This document shows positions 29,448 through 40,314 of a DNA stretch of 64,000 bases, in pieces. This DNA is from an uncultured Armatimonadetes bacterium. Lineage in GTDB: Bacteria > Armatimonadota > UBA5829 > DTJY01. Each line of letters begins with the position of its first letter. Positions within the stretch are counted from its first letter, which is position 1. The notes below the pieces were generated by a model, which searched no databases, was not told where the DNA came from, and saw nothing but the letters and a program-made list of their open reading frames with translations. The stretch lies in the NCBI GenBank assembly GCA_963717145.1, contig OY970325.1, positions 2,816,001 through 2,880,000 on the forward strand. Reading direction: 5' to 3'. The position numbers and the translations under genes are program-made.

Positions 29448-30953
29448 ATGCCTGACAGACCGAACATACTCTTGATCACCAGCGACCAGCAGCACTTCGA
29501 TACGCTCGGGGTCACCAATCCCAGAATCAAGACGCCTGCGCTCGACCGATTGTGCTACGAAGGCACGCGGTTCGACCGAGCCTACTGCCCGAACCCGGTC
29601 TGCACGCCGACCCGCGCGACCCTGATCACCGGCATGTACCCTTCTCAGCACGGCGCGTGGACGATCGGATGCAAGCTCCCGGAGGACGTCCCGACCGTCG
29701 GCGATGTGTTCCAAGAGCACGGGTACGCCACCGGCTTGATCGGCAAGGCCCACTTCCAGCCGCTCAAGTCACAGCCCGGCAGCGAGTCGATCGAGTGCCA
29801 GCCGATCCTGCGCGACCTAGACTTCTGGCGGAAGTTTCACGGGCCGTGGTACGGATTCCAGCACGTGGAGACGGCCAGCAACCACGCGGACGAATCGCAT
29901 GCCGGCCAGCACTACGCAATCTGGATGGAGGAAAACGGGCTCAAGAACTGGCGCGACTACTTCTGGAAATGGCCGGAGAACGAACCGAAGCGAGAGCACA
30001 GTTGGGACCTGCCGGAGGAGTTCCACTACTCCCGCTGGACCGCCGAGCGCTCGATCGCATATATGGAAAAGTGCAAGGAGGATGACAAGCCGTTCTTCCT
30101 GTGGAGCAGCTTCATGGACCCGCATCCGCCGTACCTCGTGCCCGAACCCTGGGCCTCAATGTATGATCCCGCGGACATGGTCCCGGGCAAGCTGACTCCG
30201 GGCGAGCACGATCTCAATCCGCCGCACTTCGGGAAGACCCAAGAGGCGCAGCCCGACTTCTCGATGTACCGCGAAACCTATGGTGCTCACGGCTTCCACT
30301 CGCATCTGATCAGCGATGAGAAGATGAGGAAGGACATGGCGATCTACTACGGCATGATCAGCCTGATGGATCAGCAGATCGGCCGCATCCTCGCGTCGCT
30401 CGACCGCCTGGGGATCGCCGATAACACGATCATCGTCTTCAGCACCGACCACGGGCACTTCCTCGGCCAGCACGGACTCCGAGCGAAGGGCGCGTTCCAC
30501 TACGAGGACATGATCCGCATTCCCATGATCGTCTGGTACCCCGGCAAGGTGGCGCAGAATGCGGTCTGCTCCGACCTCCAGAGCCTGGTCGACTTCGCAC
30601 CGACCGCCCTGGGAGTGGCGGGCATCGAAGTCCCCGGCGTGATGACCGGCGTCAACCAGTTCGACGCCTGGTGCGGGCGGGAGAAGGCTCCCCGCGAGCA
30701 CATCATCGTGGAGAACCGTCACGAGCCCACGCTCGTTCACCTGCGAACCTATGTGGACGAGCGATACAAGATCACGGTCTATCGCAATCACGACTACGGC
30801 GAGCTGTTCGACCTCAAAGAGGATCCCGGCGAAGTCCACAACCGATGGAATGATCCGTTCTATGCCGTCGCCAAGTCGGACCTCCTGCTCAGTTTCATGA
30901 GCGCGACTCTGGAGTGCGAGCCGACGAGGATGCCGCGCATCGCAGGAGCGTAG
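29448..30953 (+). CDS. Sulfatase (cytoplasmic)
   Basis: AAGGAG RBS, PNILLITSDQQH, CTPTR, GKAHF, DPHPPY, TDHGH. Confidence 0.92.
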   Translation: MPDRPNILLITSDQQHFDTLGVTNPRIKTPALDRLCYEGTRFDRAYCPNPVCTPTRATLITGMYPSQHGAWTIGCKLPEDVPTVGDVFQEHGYATGLIGKAHFQPLKSQPGSESIECQPILRDLDFWRKFHGPWYGFQHVETASNHADESHAGQHYAIWMEENGLKNWRDYFWKWPENEPKREHSWDLPEEFHYSRWTAERSIAYMEKCKEDDKPFFLWSSFMDPHPPYLVPEPWASMYDPADMVPGKLTPGEHDLNPPHFGKTQEAQPDFSMYRETYGAHGFHSHLISDEKMRKDMAIYYGMISLMDQQIGRILASLDRLGIADNTIIVFSTDHGHFLGQHGLRAKGAFHYEDMIRIPMIVWYPGKVAQNAVCSDLQSLVDFAPTALGVAGIEVPGVMTGVNQFDAWCGREKAPREHIIVENRHEPTLVHLRTYVDERYKITVYRNHDYGELFDLKEDPGEVHNRWNDPFYAVAKSDLLLSFMSATLECEPTRMPRIAGA

Positions 30954-32349
30954 ATGAAGTATTCGAGACGTGATTTCCTGGTCGGTCTCAGCACATCGGC
31001 CGCAGGTTTGGCGGTCACATCGTATTCGTTCGCCCAGGAGAAAGGTGATACGAACATGGAGCAAGCGATCGAAGACCCGAAGGTCATACTCGACCGCGAG
31101 ATCAAGCGCTCGAAGCCGGACTATATCGTGTATAGGCCGGGCAGTCTCGACGGCTCGACGTTCGACACGGGCAACGAGCACTTCCTCGTGTTCGACGGCC
31201 CGGACGGCTCGCTGATGGCTGTCTGGACTCAGAGCAGCTACGAGGGAGCGGGTGACCACCGCATCGTCTTCGCCCGCTCGGATGATGAGGGGGTGACGTG
31301 GACCGCGCCGAAGCACCTTGTCGGCCCGAGGAAGCCCGGCGACGGGTTCATGGCGAGTTGGGGATTCCCGATCATCTCGAAGTCGGGCCGGATCTACGTC
31401 ATCTACAACCAGTATCAGGGCATCGATGACGTCGTCCACCAGCACACCGGCACGATGGACTGCATCTACAGCGACGACATGGGCAAGTCGTGGTCCGACG
31501 CCACAGACCATCCCCATGAAGCGCAGCCGATACGATCACACCGATCCGTCCGTGCCGAGCAACTGGATCGTCTGGCAGAAGCCGATCAAGGACCTCCAGG
31601 GCAAGTGGTTCACCGGCTTCTCGCGCTGGGTCAGCAAGGCGGTCCGCACTCCACCTCCCACCAAGTCGTGGACCGCCTGGGAGACCGTCGTCGAGTTCAT
31701 GCGCTTCGAGAACATCGACGACAATCCCGAGCCGAAGGACATCGAGATCACCTACTCGGCGTGGGACGATAAGGCGCTCCGAGTGCCGCATTACATGAAT
31801 CCGCTGCTCAGCATCGCCCAGGAGCCGAGCCTCGTGCGTCTGCCCGACAAGCGGCTCTTCTGCGTGATGCGGACGATGGCCGGCTGCATCTGGTACAGTC
31901 TCTCCGAGGACGACGGCAAGACGTGGTGCGCTCCGAGGCCGCTCCTGCGAAAGGACCACGGACTGCCGATCCTCGAGCCGCTCTGCTGCTGCCCGATCTA
32001 CGAGTACTCCCCTGGGCGGTATGTCCTGCTGCACCACAACAACGATGGCCGTGTTCGACGGGCACACCCGGAGGAGACGCATTTCAACCGTCATCCTGCG
32101 TTCATCGCACTCGGCGAGTTCCGGCCTGACGCCGAACAGCCGATCTGGTTCAGCGAGTCGAGGCAGTTCATGGACAACGACGGTCAGGAGATAGGTCCGC
32201 TGAAGCGGCTCGACATCGGGGTCTATCCGAGCGTGACGAACCGCAAGGGCAACTTCATCCTATGTCACCCCGACCGCAAATTCTTCCTGCTCGGCAAGCG
32301 GATCACAGAGGAATGGCTTTCGTCACTCTCCCACGTGGATAGCAAATAG
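30954..32349 (+). CDS. Sialidase-like BNR protein with Tat signal, frameshifted near 31496
   Basis: SRRDFL, SDDEGVTW, SDDMGKSW, SEDDGKTW Asp-boxes split over ORFs 30954-31772 and 31318-32349. Confidence 0.82.
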
Positions 32350-32408
32350 ATCACCGGCGGATTCATCCCGAAAACCTGGTAATTATACCTGATTTTCGTG
32401 ACAACACG

Positions 32409-32437
32409 TTGACAAAGGGTTCACAACGCGTTACATT
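32409..32437 (+). promoter_or_regulatory. Sigma70-type promoter
   Basis: TTGACA-N17-TACATT upstream of the S8 protease gene. Confidence 0.6.
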
Positions 32438-32533
32438 TGGGAAAGTATTGTCGTGCCCTCGCCAAAATTCTTAAGCACGCCGATTGCCCGGTAGTTCAAG
32501 GTTCGGTTGGCTGGGTAGAGACGAGAGTGCAGA

Positions 32534-35035
32534 TTGAATCGCCGTAGTCTAATATTCCTGACGATCTTTGCCCTTCTTTCGATCACGGCTGCCTCATCAT
32601 CCATGAGTGGAGCCGTTCCTGCACCCGGCGCCCACGCCCGAATTGCTCCCATGCTCCTGTCACTCGCCGCGATGTCCGCTTCCGACCGATCAGCAATGGC
32701 CGGTACGTTCGGCGTGACGTCCTCCGGAACTGGGGACGAACTGGCGGTCATCATCGACTACTCCGGCGATCTGGGCGACCTCAAAGCATTGGGCGTCAAG
32801 GTGAGGACTCAGCTCGGCGGCATCATCACGGCGGACATCCCTGCCGATTCCGTCAGTCTGATCGCGAGCCTCCCCGGCCTGGAGTACATACAGCCCGCAG
32901 AGCAGTTGTACCCGATGCTCGATCAGAGCGTTCCGGACACCCACGCCACCAATGTCCGGTCAGGCGTGCCCCCGAACTGGACCGGCTATACGGGCAAGGG
33001 TGTGATCATCGGCATGGTCGATACCGGGGTGGACGTCAATCATCAGGATCTGAGGGACGCCGAGGGCAACTCGCGCATACTCTTCATCTGGGACCAGACG
33101 ACTGGAGCCGGCGGGGCTAATCATCCTTCGACGTACACTTATGGCACGGAATGGACCAAGGCTGAGATCGATGCCGGCCAGTGCACTGAGCGCGACACCA
33201 ATGGCCATGGGACGTCGGTGATCACCACCGCCGCCGGCGGTGGATCAGCAACGGGGAACGGATGGCCCGCATACCGCTATGTCGGCATGGCTCCGGAGGC
33301 GGATATCATCGTAGTCAAGGGCACCTTCCTGGACGACACGATCATCGATGGGATGAACTACATCAAGAACAAGGCTACAGCGCTCGGCAAGCCCTGTGTG
33401 ATCAATCTCAGCATCGGCACTCAGATGAGCGCGCACGACGGCACCGCCGCTATCGAGCGGGCCATAGATCAGATCTCAGGACAGGGGGTAGTCGTCTGTA
33501 CTGCGAGCGGGAACAGCGGCACCACTGACCCTGCCCGCTACGTCCACGCCCAGTGGAGCACCCCATCCCGCGACTCACAGGTCACCGCCGGAATCAATGT
33601 GACGGCAACCCGAGCCAGCCCTTTCTACATCGATCTGTGGTACCAGGGTCAGGACTCGATCGACATCACGGTGACAACGCCGAATGGTTACAGCGTCACG
33701 AAAGCAACCGGCGACAGCACCACCGGCTACTTCTCGACCGCCGACGGGGGTATCCAGATCGAGAACGCGCCTGGGAGCGGCACGAACCCCTACAACGGTG
33801 ACCACGAATGCATGATCTTTATTCAGGATGCTCTGGCGGGCGCGTGGAGTCTCACCGCAACCGGAAAAACCATCCGCGAGGGCGGGACCTGCGACGCCTG
33901 GCTCGAATCCGGCCACAACGTCTTCTGGTCCACCTATGGTACCAACACAATGTCATGCACGATCCCAGGGACCTCAAACGCCGTGATCACCACTGGTGGC
34001 TACCAGACGAGATCGTGGTGGACGAACCCTGACGGAACGGTGCAGGGCTGGTCGAGTCCGTTCGGGTCATTCCATTCGCTGAGCGGCGAAGGTCCGACTC
34101 GCGACGGAAGGCAGAAGCCTGATCTCTGTTCGCCAAGTTCCAGGATCGTGAGCGGCCGCTCGGCGAATTCCAACCCAACTCCAACCAATATTGCAGAAGA
34201 CGGAGTGCATGTGGTGCTGAGTGGAACGAGTGTGGCGGTCCCGCATCTGAGTGGAGCCGCAGCTCTTCTTCTCCAGAGAGATCCTACGGCGACCGCCTCT
34301 GAGATCAAGAGCTACCTGATGTCCACCGCCAGATCCGACGCCTTCACCGGCGCAGTCCCCAACACGAAATGGGGAGTCGGCAAGCCCGACGTCCAAGCCG
34401 CGATGGGCGTTACGCCCATGTACACCGAGATCCCCACAGCCCGTTTGCAGGCGGATGGCACACCAGTGAAGCTCCCGAGCCAGGTCGTCACTGCCGGCCT
34501 CAACCAGTTGACCGACAGATTCTACATAGAGAGCGCCGACCGGTGCGCGGGAATCCAAGTGCGCACCGGCACAGGGACCGGCATTCAGGCAGCGGAAGGC
34601 GGCAAGGTCACAGTCAAGGGGATACTCGGAGTGGCGGATGGAGAACGCGCGGTACTCAGCCCTATCGTGACCCCCGCAGGTAACGGGACGGTTCCTCGAC
34701 CGCTCGGAATGGCGGGCCGCGCCATCGGCGGCGAGTTGCTCGGCAGTTACATCCCGGGGGTCAGCGATGCCACCGGGCTCAACAACATCGGTCTGCTTGT
34801 GACCGTATCGGGCAAGGTGACCTACGTAGGCAGCGATCACTTTTATGTCGACGACGGCACGGGGCTGGCATACACTCCCGGTCGCACCGGGCTCAAAGTG
34901 TTCTGTGGCAGTCTGAGCAAGCCTGTTTTCAACCATTCAGTGGTGATCACCGGCATCAGTACTCTCTCATGGGACGGTTCGACAGCGAGACCGGTCGTGC
35001 GCGCGCGGAAGCAGTCCGATCTGAAGTACTACTAG
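32534..35035 (+). CDS. Secreted S8 subtilisin-like serine protease with a recurring C-terminal module
   Basis: VDTGVD, NGHGT, SGTSVAVPH catalytic triad motifs. Confidence 0.92.
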   Translation: MNRRSLIFLTIFALLSITAASSSMSGAVPAPGAHARIAPMLLSLAAMSASDRSAMAGTFGVTSSGTGDELAVIIDYSGDLGDLKALGVKVRTQLGGIITADIPADSVSLIASLPGLEYIQPAEQLYPMLDQSVPDTHATNVRSGVPPNWTGYTGKGVIIGMVDTGVDVNHQDLRDAEGNSRILFIWDQTTGAGGANHPSTYTYGTEWTKAEIDAGQCTERDTNGHGTSVITTAAGGGSATGNGWPAYRYVGMAPEADIIVVKGTFLDDTIIDGMNYIKNKATALGKPCVINLSIGTQMSAHDGTAAIERAIDQISGQGVVVCTASGNSGTTDPARYVHAQWSTPSRDSQVTAGINVTATRASPFYIDLWYQGQDSIDITVTTPNGYSVTKATGDSTTGYFSTADGGIQIENAPGSGTNPYNGDHECMIFIQDALAGAWSLTATGKTIREGGTCDAWLESGHNVFWSTYGTNTMSCTIPGTSNAVITTGGYQTRSWWTNPDGTVQGWSSPFGSFHSLSGEGPTRDGRQKPDLCSPSSRIVSGRSANSNPTPTNIAEDGVHVVLSGTSVAVPHLSGAAALLLQRDPTATASEIKSYLMSTARSDAFTGAVPNTKWGVGKPDVQAAMGVTPMYTEIPTARLQADGTPVKLPSQVVTAGLNQLTDRFYIESADRCAGIQVRTGTGTGIQAAEGGKVTVKGILGVADGERAVLSPIVTPAGNGTVPRPLGMAGRAIGGELLGSYIPGVSDATGLNNIGLLVTVSGKVTYVGSDHFYVDDGTGLAYTPGRTGLKVFCGSLSKPVFNHSVVITGISTLSWDGSTARPVVRARKQSDLKYY

Positions 35036-35043
35036 GAGGGCTT

Positions 35044-35071
35044 GTAGCCGCAGGCTTTATGTCTGCGGCTA
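35044..35071. repeat. Single GTAG REP-like hairpin between convergent genes (possible terminator)
   Basis: GTAGCCGCAGGCTTTATGTCTGCGGCTA. Confidence 0.55.
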
Positions 35072-36532
35072 AGCTTGTCCGATCCCGTACAGCTTCGTGC
35101 TTCGGCTCCTCAGCAGCAGCTTGATCCTCCTCCCGACCAGCGCAGACAGATCGCTGTGCCCATTCCATCTCAGAACACAGCACGTGTCGTTGCCCTGGAT
35201 CCGGTCTGAGTCCTCAAGTGTGTAGCCGGGAATCGGTGAGCCATCTTCCGTGAGAAGCGCCGCATGGGCGACGCCGCTCGCCGAGGTGTCGATATTGAGC
35301 GACAGGTTTGCGTCATTCAGGCTGAAGGGCTTGGTGGTAAGTGAGCCGCCGGTATAGGCGCTGTCCGCGGAGACGAAGCCGTCGACCCGCTGCTCCAACC
35401 GGTGTATGATAGGGTCGCCGACCGTGATGGGCCGATCGATCCTCGTATCGGCGGCAACTCTTCCCTCACCATGGCCGTGCCTTCCGCCGATGTGGTACTG
35501 GCTGAGCCGATCGCCGTGAGGCGCCATGCCGACCAACATGTGCATCATCTTCGTGCATGGTCCGTCGGGCAGATCGAGTCGCACATAGGAGCCCCTGAAG
35601 TCCCTCTGCCAGGTGATTCCTTCACTGCTGGTGGCGAACTGCAGATCGAGGATGCCGTCGTTTATGAACCCCTCCGGAGCCCAGGGATGATGGTAGTATA
35701 GGGAAGGGAACGCCAGATAGACATCGGGCAGATACTGCACTCCGACCAACTGGTAGATGTCGGCCTCGGGCGGATCGAGATCGTCCGGTCCCAGCACGGT
35801 AGGCAGTTCCTTGTTGACTCTGCGCATGTCATGATGACCGAGTCCCTCCCACTTCTTCGAGAGCGGCCAGGGGTCGGGAGCGTTCTCATCGAACGGAATC
35901 GGGGAGAACAGATCGTCGGTCTCGATGCGTAAGACGGTCCTGCTGCCGGCCATGGGAGGAATCGGGCGCGATCTATCCCACCCTCGGGAGTAGATCACAT
36001 ACTTGCCGATGCGTTCGTCGTAGAAGGAGGTGTTGTGGTTGTCGAGTATGAAGGAAAGGAGGTTTCCCGGGTGGCGTCTGAAGCTCAGGCCGTCCGGTGA
36101 GGTCATGACGTACATGCCTCCCTCGTACTGGCTGTGGCCAATCAGCTTGAAGCGCTGGTCTTCGGGCGCACTCGGGTCGACGAACACACACCCCTCATTC
36201 TGATTGCATCCTTCGATACTGACGAGGTTGTTGGCCGTCGAACCGTTGAACTCAACGAGTCCGAGATCGGGCCGGTCCCATGAAATACCGTCCCTGCTGA
36301 AGGCCACCGCCAGGCACTTCACGGCCTCCTCCAGAGTGATCTGGTAGTAGAACCGGAAGACGCCTTCCCACTCGACGACACAGAGACCGCGAGCGCCCTC
36401 CATCTCCCATTCCTTCTCGATGAAGAGGCACGGCCCGCATTTCACGGCGGGATTCATGGACAGCGATACGTTCTCGCTGGATTCTATGTGCCTGTGGTCG
36501 ATGAACAGCAGTCGTCCGTCGTTGTAGAGCAT
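35069..36532 (-). CDS. Putative five-bladed beta-propeller glycosidase-like protein
   Basis: LLFIDH, SRDGISWDRPDLGLVEFNGS, SPDGLSF, RVDGFVS; start 8 bp after the upstream stop. Confidence 0.7.
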   Translation of the reverse strand: MLYNDGRLLFIDHRHIESSENVSLSMNPAVKCGPCLFIEKEWEMEGARGLCVVEWEGVFRFYYQITLEEAVKCLAVAFSRDGISWDRPDLGLVEFNGSTANNLVSIEGCNQNEGCVFVDPSAPEDQRFKLIGHSQYEGGMYVMTSPDGLSFRRHPGNLLSFILDNHNTSFYDERIGKYVIYSRGWDRSRPIPPMAGSRTVLRIETDDLFSPIPFDENAPDPWPLSKKWEGLGHHDMRRVNKELPTVLGPDDLDPPEADIYQLVGVQYLPDVYLAFPSLYYHHPWAPEGFINDGILDLQFATSSEGITWQRDFRGSYVRLDLPDGPCTKMMHMLVGMAPHGDRLSQYHIGGRHGHGEGRVAADTRIDRPITVGDPIIHRLEQRVDGFVSADSAYTGGSLTTKPFSLNDANLSLNIDTSASGVAHAALLTEDGSPIPGYTLEDSDRIQGNDTCCVLRWNGHSDLSALVGRRIKLLLRSRSTKLYGIGQA

Positions 36533-36539
36533 GATGCTC

Positions 36540-38030
36540 CTAGCGCAGGTATTCCACGATATCCGACTGGCTGCGCGGTCGGAGAGCAGGTATGATGTTC
36601 GTGCCGGAGGTCCTGCTCGAGGCGATGCCGGCGACAGTGACAGCGGAGTTGTACGCAGGCAACGTGAGGTTGTTCCCGATCGGGCGACCCCCACAATAGA
36701 CCTGCACTCCCACCTGCCCTGATCCGTCTCTCAGTTGGCACCCGTCGTCCACGTAGAACAGCTTCGTCGTCGTGTTGACATAAGTCACGATGCCGCAGAC
36801 CCGCACCACCAAACCGGTATTGTTAAGAGAAAGGTTGCCTGTGACACCCGGCGTATAGGCATTCAGCGACCCGCCCGACACATTCCTGGTCAGCATACTC
36901 AGCGGCCCGGGAACGGGATACGGGAGGGCAGCCGGAGTCACCGTCGGGAGGTTGATCACGCGTTCTCCATTCGATGTGCCGAGAGTCCCCTCGACCAGCA
37001 CGCCGGTCCCATCATTGGCCGAGATTCCCGATCCATACACCTTGATGGCCGAAGACCGGTTCTCCTCTTCGATGTATATCGTCGAGGCGAACTGGTTGGT
37101 ACCGGCGGTGACCGTCTTGGCGGTCAGTGACACTGGCGAGGTGTCTGGAAGCTGCTTGATAGCCGCGATGGACGTGTCCTGCTGTGGGACCGAATAAGAC
37201 CAGCTATCGATCACCGCACCGGTGTCATCTTTGGCCGTGCAGGACACGTTCAGCCCGTTGATGTCTACCACCACGTAGTGATACTTGGAGATCGCCCCTG
37301 CTGCAGTATAGAGCGGCGCCCCGCAGGTCCCGTTGATCACCTGGTAGATGCTCCCGTGGAGAGCCCTCGCGTAGAAGTGCTCGTGCCCACAGAAGAATAT
37401 GCGCGCCCCTGCGTTGGTCATGATGTTCCACAGATCATCCCGCTCAGTCGGGTACACATCGAGCGAGCTGCCTATGTGCGACCCGATGGGGTACGCCGGC
37501 TCATGAGCCATGACGAACTTGTGCGGCTTGGTGGCGCTCGCCAGGTCCGTGGTGAGCCAGGACCTCTGAACGTGGTGATACTGACCATGGTGGTTGCTGT
37601 CCAGAGCCACGAAATGAGCATTCTCATGGTCGAACGAGAACACCGTTTCCTCGTAGCCGGCGGGGCCGTTGAGAGGCATGCTGACCTTCGACCGGATCAC
37701 ATTCGCCGAAGTCGCCGTCGCGATCTCGTGGTTGCCCACGGTATAGTACCACGGGCAGTTGAGGGTGTTGATGACTCCCAGCCAGGTGTCCATCTGGGAA
37801 CCGAGAGTGGTGTCGCTGCTCGAACCATTCACCGCATCGCCCTGGAAGATGACGAGGTCAACGTTCTCAAGGTTGATGAGGTTGACAATGGTAGTAAACT
37901 TCGCGGTGTTGACTCCATTAGTGCTTCCACGGCTGTCCGCTATCGAAACGAACTTCCATGCAAACGCCGGTGAAATGGAGATCACCAGTAGAATGACGAT
38001 ACAGAGAATCGAATTCGCTCTACGGATCAA
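36540..38030 (-). CDS. Secreted metallophosphoesterase with a recurring C-terminal module
   Basis: ADSR, GDAVNG, GNHE, AHEP, GHEH motifs. Confidence 0.9.
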   Translation of the reverse strand: MIRRANSILCIVILLVISISPAFAWKFVSIADSRGSTNGVNTAKFTTIVNLINLENVDLVIFQGDAVNGSSSDTTLGSQMDTWLGVINTLNCPWYYTVGNHEIATATSANVIRSKVSMPLNGPAGYEETVFSFDHENAHFVALDSNHHGQYHHVQRSWLTTDLASATKPHKFVMAHEPAYPIGSHIGSSLDVYPTERDDLWNIMTNAGARIFFCGHEHFYARALHGSIYQVINGTCGAPLYTAAGAISKYHYVVVDINGLNVSCTAKDDTGAVIDSWSYSVPQQDTSIAAIKQLPDTSPVSLTAKTVTAGTNQFASTIYIEEENRSSAIKVYGSGISANDGTGVLVEGTLGTSNGERVINLPTVTPAALPYPVPGPLSMLTRNVSGGSLNAYTPGVTGNLSLNNTGLVVRVCGIVTYVNTTTKLFYVDDGCQLRDGSGQVGVQVYCGGRPIGNNLTLPAYNSAVTVAGIASSRTSGTNIIPALRPRSQSDIVEYLR

Positions 38031-38133
38031 GATGCACTTCCTTTCCCATTGAGCGCGATAGCAGTAGCCATCAGATCGCGCATGTCTGTCTTCGGCACGG
38101 GATGGCGGTGTTTCGCAGCAAAAACTTCGTGGA

Positions 38134-38625
38134 TTACTTCATCTGCCTGGCGAGCATATAGGACACTTTTCGGTAGATCTTCTGAACGTCCTCATAGTCG
38201 AGGCCATACTCATCCGCCACGGCTCTGAAGGCCTGGGTTCCAGCGCCAATGGATTCAACATCGACTATATCCCTCTGAACGTCAACGCTCTGGTCGCGCT
38301 GCTCCGACCGCATCGTCTGGACGACGGCGGCGAAGATCTTTCTTTCGAATGGGAGTACCTCTTCCGAAAGGTAGTTGTTACGCGAATCGATCCGCACATC
38401 GTACATTTCTCCCGTCGGTTTCGGCGGGAAGAGCCGTCCTCGCAAGTGGAACTTGGCCGCCCCCGCGAGTGCCGAGGCCAGGAATGCGATCAGCAGGACT
38501 GAGACTAACGCCTTGATTCGCAAGGTGCGCGGTGATTTCCACAACAGAATCAAACCGAGCGGAGGCACGATCACCAGCGACGGAATGATCAGCCGGAAGC
38601 TATACCATGGTTGTCTCTTCTTCAT
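38134..38625 (-). CDS. Hypothetical membrane protein
   Basis: Two N-terminal TM helices (PPLGLILLW). Confidence 0.7.
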   Translation of the reverse strand: MKKRQPWYSFRLIIPSLVIVPPLGLILLWKSPRTLRIKALVSVLLIAFLASALAGAAKFHLRGRLFPPKPTGEMYDVRIDSRNNYLSEEVLPFERKIFAAVVQTMRSEQRDQSVDVQRDIVDVESIGAGTQAFRAVADEYGLDYEDVQKIYRKVSYMLARQMK

Positions 38626-38771
38626 CGAATGCTCGCTCCCAGTGAAATGCTGAGTTGCCGTTTCACCAGTTCTTCATTATATCATATCTGGAGGTAACTC
38701 GGCAAGAAAAAGGAACGCAGACACAACGCAACCGCTATGCTTCGGGCCGCCGGGCATAGTATAATGCACCC

Positions 38772-40214
38772 ATGTCCACGGAAGAAAAGCAGAGCGATAC
38801 GGAGTGCCCCTCGGCCAAACACGGGCGCGACCTGACCACAGGGAGCATTCCACGTCACCTGATCGCATTCTCGATCCCGATGCTGATCGGCAGCGGCCTG
38901 CACACTCTCTACAGTATCGTCAACGCAATCTGGGTCGGCAAGGGACTGGGCAAGACCGAGTTAGCGGCGGTCACTGTGAGCTTCCCCGTCTTCTTCTTCC
39001 TCATGGCGGTGGCGGGCGGACTCACTATGGCGGCGAATATCCTGGCGGCGCAGAGCTGTGGTGCGAAGGACTTCGATCAGCTCAAGCGAGTCGTGCGCAA
39101 CTCGGTGGTGCTGACGATCACGGTAAGCCTCGCGTGCGTGGTCTTCGGGCATTTCTCGGCAACCGGCATCCTGAAGCTGATGGATACTTCGCCGGAGGTC
39201 CTTCCGATGGCGGCGCGATACCTGCAGATATTCCTTCTCTCGATGCCTTTCATGTTCGGCATGTTCCTGATGGCATCTCTCCTACGCGGAACCGGCGACT
39301 CGAAGACCCCACTCTACTTCCAGGGAGCCGGCGTCATCGTGACCGCCATCCTCGACCCGCTGCTGATGTTCGGCTGGCTCGGATTCCCCAGGATGGGGCT
39401 GAATGGTACCGCGGTCGCGACGGTGATCGGCAACTCCGGCGCGCTGATCGCGGTCCTGATCTACCTCCAGAGAAAACGCAATCTTGTCACACCGGACTGG
39501 CGGCATCTCGGCATCGATTGGGACATGAGCTGGCTGACCCTCAAGATCGGCATCCCATCGATGGCTCAGCAGGCGCTCGTCTCGATCGGGATGGTCGTCA
39601 TGGTCAAGCTGATCAACGCCTACGGGGAGAACGGAACGGCGGCGTTCGGGGCGGCGATGCGGATCGATCAGATCGCCTTCATGCCGGCGATGACGATCGG
39701 CATGGCGGTCTCGACTCTCGCCGGGCAGAACATCGGCGCGGGGCGGTTCCACCGGGTAAACGAGACTCTCAAGTGGGGGATGATCAGCGGCGGGGGCATA
39801 ACGCTCCTCATATCGGCGTTCGTCGTCGCGTTTCCGGCGTTCCTGCTGAAGATGTTTCTGAATGACCCGAAGGTGATCGCGCTGGGGGTCTCGTACCTGC
39901 ACATCGTCGGCGCGGCATACGTGATGTTCGCGGTGATGTTCGTATCGAACGGCGTCATCAACGGCGCGGGGCACACTCTCGTCACCACGCTCATCACGCT
40001 GCTCGCACTCTGGGGCGTGCGCGTCCCTCTGGCATACTATCTTTCGACGACCACGCACCACATCGAGGGAGTCTGGTGGGGCATGGTGTCGGGATTCAGC
40101 CTCGGCGCGCTGATGAGCCTCGCATACTACCTCTCGGGGCGCTGGAAAAAGCCGATCATCCGGAAGACGCCGGTCGTCCCGGTCGATCCCGAGATCGTGC
40201 CGGCCGCGGAATAG
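38772..40214 (+). CDS. MATE family efflux transporter
   Basis: DLTTGSI, FSIPMLIG, RGTGDSKTPL, GQNIGAGRFHRV; about 12 TM. Confidence 0.95.
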   Translation: MSTEEKQSDTECPSAKHGRDLTTGSIPRHLIAFSIPMLIGSGLHTLYSIVNAIWVGKGLGKTELAAVTVSFPVFFFLMAVAGGLTMAANILAAQSCGAKDFDQLKRVVRNSVVLTITVSLACVVFGHFSATGILKLMDTSPEVLPMAARYLQIFLLSMPFMFGMFLMASLLRGTGDSKTPLYFQGAGVIVTAILDPLLMFGWLGFPRMGLNGTAVATVIGNSGALIAVLIYLQRKRNLVTPDWRHLGIDWDMSWLTLKIGIPSMAQQALVSIGMVVMVKLINAYGENGTAAFGAAMRIDQIAFMPAMTIGMAVSTLAGQNIGAGRFHRVNETLKWGMISGGGITLLISAFVVAFPAFLLKMFLNDPKVIALGVSYLHIVGAAYVMFAVMFVSNGVINGAGHTLVTTLITLLALWGVRVPLAYYLSTTTHHIEGVWWGMVSGFSLGALMSLAYYLSGRWKKPIIRKTPVVPVDPEIVPAAE

Positions 40215-40314
40215 CCGGAGTCCCGACACGAGTGTGGTATAATGGACTGGAGGCGCTGACGAGATTGGCTCACCGGGGCTGCCACTCCGGCTGACCCCTC
40301 ATTCGGGGAATACT

